A stretch of DNA of 63,482 nucleotides, counting the filler, from Octopus bimaculoides (Eukaryota): NCBI RefSeq assembly GCF_001194135.2. It is 7 parts of 5 records of this genome, joined end to end, with 100 filler letters (N's around TTAATTAATTAA, not from the genome) between each part and the next. Parts side by side here need not be neighbours in the genome. Positions count along the whole stretch, not along the records: positions 44,665 to 54,566 come from NC_069000.1; positions 54,667 to 57,821 come from NC_069000.1; positions 57,922 to 61,423 come from NC_068983.1; positions 61,524 to 63,482 come from NC_068990.1; 3 more parts are not named here. One strand, written 5' to 3'. Of the stretch, positions 54,011 to 63,482 are shown piece after piece; position 1 is the stretch's first letter, and every line of letters begins with the position of its first letter. The notes under the pieces were generated by a model. It had not been told where the DNA came from. It saw only the letters and a program-made list of their open reading frames with translations, and made no database searches. The position numbers were made by a program, and so were the translations under genes.

Positions 54011-54225
54011 AGACGGTGAACTGGCATCATCGTTAGCACGCCGGCCGAAATGCTTAGCGGTATTTCTTCTGTTTTTATGTTCTGAGTTCAAATTCCGCCG
54101 AGGTCGACTTTGCATTTCATCCTTTCGGGGTCGATAAATTAAGTACTAGTTGCGTAGTGGTGTAATCTCATCAACTACTCCCCTCCCCAAAAACTTCGGG
54201 CCTTGTGCCTAGAGTAGAAAAGAAT
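54011..54225 (+). mobile_element. SINE family A, near full length
   Basis: cgttagcacgccggccgaaatgcttagcgg...gagttcaaattccgccgaggtcgactttg...agagtagaaaagaat. Confidence 0.85.
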
Positions 54226-54566
54226 GTGCTGGGAGGTGTACAATCGTAGAATGCCAGTCATCTCTACAGACGATGTGAGTTCGATTCCAAAGGGCTGCCT
54301 TTGACTTTTCCTATACAAAAAGGTTTTCCAACAAATATTTAGATGCTATTAATTATAGAATTAGCTGTACTTCGAAAACCAGTTCCCAAAATCATTATTC
54401 CACGTTCCTTCGAATGTTTACAATTTTGATGACGTCATCAATATAAATATATCTATAAATATAAATGTATTTATATGAATATATACACACATATAATTAT
54501 ATAGACACATATACATATATGCTCACACACATATGTATGTATGTATATGTATATATATATATATAT

Positions 54567-54666
54567 NNNNNNNNNNNNNNNNNNNNNNNNNNNNNNNNNN
54601 NNNNNNNNNNTTAATTAATTAANNNNNNNNNNNNNNNNNNNNNNNNNNNNNNNNNNNNNNNNNNNN
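54567..54666. other. Artificial contig join (44 N + TTAATTAATTAA + 44 N)
   Basis: Same 100-bp structure. Confidence 0.95.
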
Positions 54667-54733
<67 letters not shown>

Positions 54734-54976
54734 GTATGTATATATTAGTGTGTATGTATATATCTGTATATATGGATGTATACATGTGTATATGTATATG
54801 TGTACATGTGTGTGTCTATATATGTATGTGAATGTATATAGATGCATCTATTGTATCACTATATAAACGTATTTAATCATATGGCTATTTATATTTGTGT
54901 GTAAATGTATTGGCATATATAACTGGATGTGAGTGTATCTATATGTATGTATGTAGGTATATATGCATGTATGTGT

Positions 54977-55350
54977 GGAGGCGCAATGGCCCAGTAGTTA
55001 GGGCAGCGGACTCGCGGTCATAGGATCGCGGTTTCGATTCCCAGACCGGGCGTTGTGAGTGTTTATTGAACGAAAACACCTAAAGCTCCATGAGGTTCCG
55101 GCAGGGGATTGTGGCAACCCCTGCTGTACTCTTTCACCACAGCTTTCTCTCACTCTTTCTTCCTGTTTCTGCTGTACCTGTATTGGGCCAGCCTTGTCAC
55201 ACTGTGTCACGCTGAATATCCCCAAGAACTACGTTAAGAGTACACGTGTCTGTGGATTGCTCAGCCACTTGCACGTTAATTTTACGAGCAGGCTGTTCCG
55301 TTGATCGGATCAACTGGAACCCTCGGCGTCGTAAGCGACGGAGTGCCAAC
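54977..55350 (+). mobile_element. Full-length tRNA-derived SINE family B
   Basis: A-box TGGCCCAGTAGTTAGG (54987), B-box GGTTTCGATTCC (55030), body shared with the 15501, 33550 and 36476 copies, and a (CAA)n tail. Confidence 0.9.
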
Positions 55351-55539
55351 AACAACAGAGTACAAAAAATACAGAAATCTAAAGGGAAAGGGCTCGTATT
55401 TCATGTCCGACAGCTGTTTCTGGGAGTTCAGAATTACGTAATAGTTATAATGTTGACAGTTGGCATATGTAAAACGTTAAGGATATGTAACCAGAAGTAG
55501 ATGCATATAACTATTACCGTAGATCCAGTCTCTGTCTTT

Positions 55540-56200
55540 AGAGTTGAGAGATAGGCATCTAAAATTACAGATCATAATGCAGGTAATTTAGGGGTAGAAC
55601 GGATGAAGAAGGTAAATATAAGTAGGTGGAAGGAGGAAGCAGGTGGTTTATGAGGAATGGAATATCAAAGCAGAGGAAGGGCAAAAAGGGATAGGAGAGG
55701 CAGAGCAGCAAAAGGGAGGGGGTGAGTAACCAGGATATCAAGAGAAGTAGAAGTCGAGAGATGAGTGGGAAGAGATGGGATGGGTAGTATTGTGAATGGT
55801 GACATCATTGTTGTGTGTGTTGACAACATATATTATTAATCATGGATGGTGAAGGCTATAGAATTGACAAAAGGAAGTAGGTACGATGAGAGAAGTAAAA
55901 TGTGAGTATTGAAATGAAGGGAAGAGTTCTAGTTATTGATGCTGGGTGGAAAGCGAAGAATCAGGTTGGGTTGGCAGCAGAGGGAAAATATTCAAGTAGG
56001 TAGAGAGGTATGAGAATAAATAGAGAGGGACAGAGAGGGAGAAAGGAAGGGATATGCTGGTTGCAATGGCAAAGGGTAGGTAGTGTTAAGTGGTTCTGAT
56101 TGAGAATGAAGCTAGGAAGAGGTGAGGGAAAGAATTTGAAGTGTGAGGGTGGAGTGATGGTATAGAAGGATGTGCTAGGTAGGAGGAATATACAAAGAGA
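55540..56200 (-). mobile_element. Possible highly decayed L2/CR1-group LINE endonuclease region
   Basis: Purine-skewed tract. The minus strand gives SLHFNTH (GDFNIH-like) and LPTHLSTSTSLDILVT (PTH..G.TLDL-like). The match is weak. Confidence 0.35.
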
Positions 56201-56257
56201 TTCGATATATATATTTGTATGTATGTATATATATAAATATAAATATATATGTATGTA

Positions 56258-57821
56258 TCATCATCATCATCATTGTCGTTTAACGTCCGCTTTCCATGCT
56301 AGCATGGGTTGGACGATTTGACTGAGGACTGGTGAAACTAGATGGCTACACCAGGTTCCAATCTGATTTGGCAGAGTTTCTACAGCTGGATGCCCTTCCT
56401 AATGCCAACCACTCAGAGAGTGTAGTGGGTGCTTTTATGTGCCACCGGCAGGAAAGGCCAGTCAGGCAGTACTGGCAACGGCCATGCTCAAAATGGTGTA
56501 TTTTATGTGCCACCCGCACAAGAGCCAGTCCAGGGGCACTGGCAACGATCTCGCTCGAACGTCCTTACACATGCCGCGGGCACAAGTGCCAGAAAGGCGA
56601 TGCTGGGCACAGGTGCCTTTACGATTTCGCTTTCGCTTGCCCCAATAAGTTTTCACAAGCTGAGTTTCGTGTCCAATGAAGGAGACAACGTTGGCATGGG
56701 TGCCAGTCGTCGAATTTAACTCGATTTCGATTTCACTTGCCTCCACAGGTCTTCGCAAGTGGAGTTTAGTGTCCAATTTAACTCGATTTCGATTTCACTT
56801 GCCTCAACAGGTCTTTGCAGGTGGAGTTTAGTGTCCAATGAAGGAAGGTACGCATAAGTGGACTGGCTGAGGCCTTAGATTTAGGTCTCACTTGGCTGGC
56901 GGGTCCTCTCACGCACAGCATATTTCCAATTGGCAGAGTTTCTACAGCTGGATGCCCTTCCTAATACCAACCACTCAGAGAGTGTAGTGGGTGCTTTTAC
57001 ATGCCACCGGCATGAAGGCCAGTCAGGCGGTGCTGGCAAGGGGCACGCTCAAAATGGTGTATTTTATGTGCCACCCGCACAAGAGCCAGTCCAGGGGCAC
57101 TGGCAACGATCTCTCTCGAAAGTCCTTGCACATGCTGCGGGCACAAGTGCCAGAAAGGCGACGCTGGGCACAGGTGCCTTTACGGTTTCGCTTTTGTTTG
57201 CCCCAATAAGTCTTCGCAAGCTGAGTTTTGTCTCCAATGAAGGAGACGACGTTGGCATGGGTGCCAGTTGTCGAATTTAACTTGATTTTGATTTCACTTG
57301 CCTCCACAGGTTTTCGCAAGTGGAGTTTAGTGTCCAATTTACTCAATTTCGATTTGACTTGAGATGATGTTGGCATGGGTGCCAGTCGTCGAATTTAACT
57401 CTATTACGATTTCACTTGCCTCAACAGGTCTTCGCAAGTGGAGTTTAGTGTCCAATGAATGAAGGTACGCATAAGTGGACTGGCTGAGGCCTTAGATTTA
57501 GGTCTCGCTTGGCTTGCCGGGTCTTCTCATGCACAGCATTTGGCAAAGTTTCTACAGTTGGATGCCCTTCCTAATGCCAACCACTCAGAGAGTGTAGTGG
57601 GTGCTTTTATGTGCCACCGGCACGAAGGCCAGTCAGGCGGTACTGGCAATGGCCACGCTCAAAATGGTGTATTTTATGTGCCACCCGCACAAGAGCCAGT
57701 CTAGGGGCACTGGCAACGATCTCGCTCGAAAGTCCTTGCACATGCCGCGGGCACAAGTGCCAGAAAGGCGACGCTGGGCACAGGTGCCATCACGATTTCG
57801 CTTTTGCTTGCCCCAATAAGT
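56258..57821 (-). repeat. Family E retroposon followed by head-to-tail tandem ~560-610-bp units (at least 2.5 copies)
   Basis: ggca(g/a)agtttctacag(c/t)tggatgccc recurs at 56370, 56932 and 57542; the array runs into the join at 57822. Confidence 0.9.
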
Positions 57822-57921
57822 NNNNNNNNNNNNNNNNNNNNNNNNNNNNNNNNNNNNNNNNNNNNTTAATTAATTAANNNNNNNNNNNNNNNNNNNNNNN
57901 NNNNNNNNNNNNNNNNNNNNN
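57822..57921. other. Artificial contig join (44 N + TTAATTAATTAA + 44 N)
   Basis: Same 100-bp structure. Confidence 0.95.
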
Positions 57922-58268
57922 GATCGTTGCCGGTGCCCCTGAACTGGCTCTTGTGTGGAGTTGTTGTAGGATTTTCAAGCGAGATCGTTGCCGGTGCCCC
58001 TGGACTGGCTCTTGTGCGGGTGACACATGAAGTTTCTCGAGCGAAATGAGCGTGGCCGTTGCCAGTACCGCCTGACTGGCCTTCGTGCGGGTGACACGTA
58101 AAAGCACCCACTACACTCTCTGAGTGGTTGGCGTTAGGAAGGGCATCCAGCTGTAGAAACTCTGCCAAATCAGATTGGAGCCTGGTGTAGCCATCCGGTT
58201 TCACCAGTCCTCAGTCAAATCGTCCAACCCATGCTAGCATGGAAAGCGGACGTGAAACGATGACGACG
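57922..58268 (+). mobile_element. Family E retroposon 3' part, opposite orientation to the preceding array
   Basis: gatcgttgccggtgcccctg (twice)...aaaagcacccactacactctc...catggaaagcggacgtgaaacgatgacgac. Confidence 0.85.
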
Positions 58269-60311
58269 ACCACGAAATCTACTCACAAGCTTTTGATCAG
58301 CCCAAACATGTACCGGAGGTACTATGCGGTGGGACTGAAAACAGAACCAATAATGTTAGGAAACAAACTTCTTACCACACAGCTATACCTTTAAAATTTC
58401 TTGGCTATAAGTATGTTGGTACCAACCTTACCATTTGATTTTCCTGTACAGCACAGCCTTGGGTATTTTTTCCAAATTACTATATTAAGTCTATACTTTA
58501 ATGAGTCTATATTGGTAAAGTAAAATATGACTAAAACAGGTAGCTACATTCTATCTTTAAGTCATTTTTAGTTAAGACTTTTAAAGATTTTTACCCTTTT
58601 CTTTCTTGACCGTAACTGATCATTAAGTTAATGATTGTTTTCCTCGCCACTTAATAACACTGTGTAACACAATTTTTGTCCTTGGCTAGCAACTGTTATT
58701 TCCTATTTGCTTACCCCCAGAAAGTATGAAAAATGACTATCTCTTTCAAACTTTGCTTTTGTTTCAATATTCAAATCCCAAAGAATCCTTCTCAACACAT
58801 GGTTATTATGCTCCCCCACTACTCCTGCTCATGATCAGAGATGCACATATTGTCAGCCACTAAGAGAAACGCTTAAGTGGTTTAAGGTCAAGCAACTGAC
58901 AAGCAAATCTGTGGTATTGAACAGAATATTTGCTATAATAATATTTCTGCTTCAGCAACTCAGCACTGAATCTGTCTGAAATGTAATGGAAAACAGGTCA
59001 GTTTCAAAACATTGATGTCCAGGTAAACAAAAGCCAAGTTTGAAGGGAATAGTAGTAATTTCTTTTGATTTCTAGATAGAAACAAATAAGAAATAATACT
59101 TACTGACCAAAGACAAAAAAATTAAAATTTTGTTACACAATGTAATTAATAAACCTTGATGGCTCACTACACTAAATATATCATTAAAATAAGAAACAAC
59201 AAATTCAAAGAGGTTCGTTCTTACAATGCAAAGAGGGAAAGATAAGCTTTAGATATTTGTTCCTGAATTATATAAAGGAAGGTTACTTTCCTTTCCTTTT
59301 TCATACTAAGAAGTTCTGTTTACATTATTTTTATTTTACTTCTGTATTACAATGCTTCAAGTAAACTACAATGATATATTAAATATATTAGTACAGACTG
59401 TTCAAGAATGTACACCAGTAAGGATAGAAAGCTAGAGAATAAATCATAAGGCACATGAAACATAACAGTTATTTGTAATTAAGTTAAATATAAAAGTTAC
59501 ATACCATATGCTGTGACAATATAAGTTGAATTCCCACCAGTAGGAAGAGCAATAAGTTTTACTTTAAAGACATGGGTTTTAAATTTTTCAAAGCGAGTAA
59601 GAAAGTTGTATTGAATGTATCGCTGAAAACAAAACATAATAAAATCTGATTGTAGAAACTATTTAAATACATTTAGAAATTAAATCAGTTATTCTAAACC
59701 AAGAAAACTTTTAAGTAGTCACTCAAACAGGTAGAAATAAGAGCCAAATTTCCTTCAAATAATACTCAACAATATTAAAGGGAAGAACACATTATTATTG
59801 TTTAATATCCACATTTCCATGCTTGCATGAGTCAGATTCAATGTGTAGAGGCAGATTTTCTACAACCCAATACTCTACCTGTCACCAATTCACATCTATT
59901 TCAAAGCAAGGTAATAGTTCCCCATGGCCAGGCATGATTTTCATGCAAGAGTGTAAACAGATAACATCACTTGTGTGAATCAGCACATGATAAGACAAGG
60001 TACACACAAACACACAATAGGCTTCTCTTGGTTTCTATCTACAAAATCCACTCACAAGGTTTTGGTTGACTTGGGACTATAGTAGAAGACACTAGTCCAA
60101 GATGCCATGCAGTAGGACTGAACCACATGGATAGGAAGCAAGCTCCTTAACTATATAACCACGGTTGCCCACATTAGATAATACTGTTTCAGATATTCCC
60201 TGGAAACATGAGACAGTCTTGGAGTACATAGGTCACCACAATTACAATTAAACTGGAGCTGAACAACAAATCAGGCCTTCAATGTTTGATGCTGATATAA
60301 GAGTTATCAAT

Positions 60312-60525
60312 AAGGTGGTAAGTTGACAGAATTGATAGCACATCAGACAAAATGCTCAGCGGCACTCCATCCTTCTTTACATCCTGAATTGAAATTCTGT
60401 CAAGGCTGACATTACCTCTCATCCTTCTGGGGATAATAAAATAAGTACCAGTTGAGCACTGGGGTCAGGCTAATCAACTAGCCTCGTACCACGAAATTGT
60501 TAGCCTTGAGACAAAATTTGAAACC
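60312..60525 (+). mobile_element. SINE family A (diverged)
   Basis: gacagaattgatagca...aaatgctcagcgg...tgaaattctg...ataagtaccagttgagcactgggg...aaatttgaaacc. Confidence 0.7.
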
Positions 60526-61039
60526 AATATAAGTGTTATAAATGCATGGAACTACAATCAAAATTCTAGTACTCTAATTACTTAAGTTAGGTACTCAGAA
60601 TTTGGAATGGTTAAATATAGCTTCTTATAGCCTAAAGAATTCTGTGTATTATAACAAAATTTTAAATCCTCTCAAGAATTGAAAGAGGAAATAAAAATTA
60701 ATGATATTCATTATGAGATAGGCTACTGTCCAATGCTCAAACATCTCTTGAATGAAAATGTATACATATCTGCAAAAAAAGAGTGTTAAACATTGGATAG
60801 AAAAATCACCATAATACTGCAGTAACAAATATCCAATAATAAATGGAACTGAAAACATTATTCAACAGCTACTTCTAAAATTAACGCATGCACATATACA
60901 AGCATTCACACATGTATGTATGCATGTTTGTATGCATGCGTGTATTTATGCATGTATGCATATATGTATGTAAATATGTGTATATGTGTGTGTACTTATA
61001 GCATGTGTGTATGTATATTTCTATCTATATACATATATA

Positions 61040-61200
61040 GCACACTCTATAAAGTGGTCGACATTAGGAAGGGGATCCAGCCATAGAAACCAGGCCAAAT
61101 CAGACTGGAACCTAGTGCAGCTCTCTGGCATGCCAGCTCTAGTCAAACCATACACCCATGCCAGCATGGAAAATGGATGTATGATGATGATGATGATGAT
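61040..61200 (+). mobile_element. Family E 3' fragment with (GAT)n tail
   Basis: gaaggggatccagccatagaaac...cagactgga...catgccagcatggaaaatggatg(t)atgatgatg. Confidence 0.65.
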
Positions 61201-61423
61201 GTGCATATGGATGTATGTATTAAAGGAAAAATTCACCTTTTCATATTTTCCATCAGGAATAGTGCCAAGAGTTTTAAACTCAAATATACGACATTTGGTG
61301 TTTTTTGAAGGCTGGACATCGTACTCAATCTTCAGCAGCAATGCAGTGGTTTTGTACAAAAATTCTACAGAAATATAAAAGAGAAGAAAGGATTTAAAGT
61401 GCATTCATAACATATGTGTACTT

Positions 61424-61523
61424 NNNNNNNNNNNNNNNNNNNNNNNNNNNNNNNNNNNNNNNNNNNNTTAATTAATTAANNNNNNNNNNNNNNNNNNNNN
61501 NNNNNNNNNNNNNNNNNNNNNNN
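61424..61523. other. Artificial contig join (44 N + TTAATTAATTAA + 44 N)
   Basis: Same 100-bp structure. Confidence 0.95.
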
Positions 61524-61581
<58 letters not shown>

Positions 61582-62571
61582 GTGTGTGCGCACGCGTGCT
61601 GACGAAAGTTTTTGAGATCGGCGAGAGAATTGCTAATAAATCGCTGCATCAAACACAGAAACTTTATAGTAGTCATTATACCCGAGTTTCACAATCACTT
61701 CAAATGTTGTGAAATAGTTACTGATCCGTTAAAAAAACTAACGATGATATTGTTCATAAAACGCATGTTAAAATATTTTATTCACTTTTTATAAAATGAT
61801 GTCTAAGGATGGAGAATATACTCATTTACCCAAGCTGTACAGTATGAACAGCTATAAGCCTAAGTAGAATTACCTTGGGCCTGTATTTAAGAGACTAGAT
61901 TTTTTCATTCGCTAAATATTTTTTTCAAAGGCAGTAAAAAATCTCAAAATCGGCTATAATAATATAGTTTTCCAGTCTAATTGCTATGAAGGTATGATGT
62001 GGAGAAAAAAGTTATAGAGGTTTAAAAATCGAAAAGACTATGTATTTTTAGCAAATAGGGAGGCAGAAATTTTCTGCGTTTAGAGCAGAGCGGTGTCATC
62101 TTTAAGGCTGTACCCTATGAAATTTATAGTTTAGCGTCTGTGAAATGACCTCTTCATTGTAGGTTTCTAAATTAACAGAAATACCTAATTTCATTGCAGG
62201 TTTCTAAGTAAACAGAAATACCTAATAAAATCAACATGTATCATCTTACTGTTTCTTTTGTTCTTCATTGATTGTATGTTTTTATTATCTTTTAAAATTT
62301 GATATATTAATATATTTGTCTGCATGTGTTTACTTTATGCGTATTTCGGTATTATGTATACCTGTCATGTATTTGTGTACATCATTAATATATAAGTGTG
62401 TGTGTGTGTGTAAAAATGGGGCGTCTGTTGCCAAAACTTCAAAGTTGAGTAACGTTTTCATGCTTGGATTTGCAAACTAGGATAAGAATAACACTAGTCA
62501 ACAAAGATACGAAAAATAAGTTTTGCATGCAGAATTCAAAAATAATGTCAAATTGTCTGTACTAAGTTAAC

Positions 62572-63420
62572 ATATTCGGATCTTTTTGGTTTGACGGGCA
62601 ACATTTTTCATTAATGTTTTATGTAGTGTTTTTGTACCGAAACACTTTCAAACTTCGCATACTTGTATGTCTTGTCTTATAGAACAGATAACATTTTTTG
62701 TATTCGAAGTTATTTCATGTAAAAAGTTGTCGTATTTCGGTAATTTCAACCAATCACTGACGTCTACTGAGGTGAAAACAATTACTGCCGTAGAATATAA
62801 ACAACATGGGATCTTTTCCCTTGAATAAAATTAGTGCCGTTGTTTGTCAACAACAACTATCGGCTGTACTGTTATCGTTCGTACGTTTGTACTGGTTTTA
62901 GCTTTAGGGTTTTAGGGTTAGGGTTCGGGTTTGAGAGTTAAAGTTAGTTTTAGGGTTACGGTCGTGATTATTTTTGCCATAACCTCACTCATAACCCTAA
63001 CCCTAAAACCCTGTAACTCATAACCATAACCCTATTCCTAACCCCAACTCTAACCCTAAAACCCTAACCAAAACTCTAAAACCCGAACCCAAACGCACGA
63101 ACGATGTTATAAATAACTACCGACGATAGTTGTTGTTGACAAACAACGGCACTAATTTTATTCAAGGGAAAAGATCCCATGACACCGTTGTTTACATTCC
63201 ACGGCAGTAATTGTTTTCACCTCAGTAGACGTCAGTGATTGGTTGAAATTACACAAATACGACAACTTTAACATGAAATAACTTATTAAGAACTAATTTT
63301 TGTTAAGAAGGCTAAGAGAAAAAGATGTTTTATATGATACATTCTACCAGTATCCCAAGTTTGAAAGTGTTTCGTTAAGAAAACAAGTGTTGCCCGTCAA
63401 ACCAAAAAGATCCACATATT
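62572..63420. repeat. Long imperfect inverted repeat (foldback/MITE-like) with a central head-to-head telomere-like core
   Basis: Perfect reverse-complement blocks at 62741-62791/63201-63251 (51 bp) and 62805-62862/63124-63181 (58 bp), plus shorter outer blocks. The centre has degenerate TTAGGG repeats (~62895-62961) followed by CCCTAA repeats (~62978-63090). Confidence 0.9.
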
Positions 63421-63482
63421 CCATTCACCTTCATAATGCCAAGAAACTGTATAAACATCGCAAACAACTTTTGCTATAAATG

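Noticed and set aside
54977-55050. tRNA genes at SINE heads (also 36476, 43519, 14506)
   Set aside because: A/B boxes are present but there is no complete cloverleaf or acceptor stem, and each continues into a repeat body with a simple-repeat tail.
224-61794. Most ORFs in the supplied six-frame track (poly-VC/HT/YI/IY, poly-T/L/S, X-filled)
   Set aside because: They are translations of microsatellites or run through N-gaps, with no splice or domain support.
62895-63090. A current chromosome end
   Set aside because: The repeats are short, degenerate, in both orientations and internal to unique inverted arms.

Overview
This is AT-rich, microsatellite-saturated animal genomic DNA, not prokaryotic. 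The SINE/LINE/MITE families look like those I recall from octopus (cephalopod) genomes; the taxon is an inference. The assembly is draft quality, with many N-gaps and six artificial 100-bp joins (44 N + TTAATTAATTAA + 44 N) that split the window into seven pieces. One host gene is supported, on the + strand: a Gfi1/senseless/pag-3 C2H2 zinc-finger transcription factor. Three coding exons are visible (1886-2563, 11847->12627, 25131->25578), and the two visible junction phases are compatible. The first coding exon, most of ZF1, ZF2-ZF4 and the stop codon are not visible (upstream or in gaps). The protein has long homopolymer tracts, an internal SAFRPW motif and an unusual Gln/His/Pro-rich extension after ZF6. 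The rest of the window is transposon debris: several tRNA-headed SINE families, fragments of Tx1/L1-, CR1-like, RTE- and possibly L2-clade LINEs, a Tc1/mariner remnant, hAT MITEs, and two Penelope-type repeats with minimal hammerhead-ribozyme cores. The most unusual structures are an ~850-bp imperfect palindrome with head-to-head telomere-like repeats at its centre (62572-63420), a ~560-610-bp tandem array (56370-57821) and a 66/132-bp alternating repeat (42874-43210). Nearly all ORFs in the supplied track are simple-repeat or N-gap artefacts.
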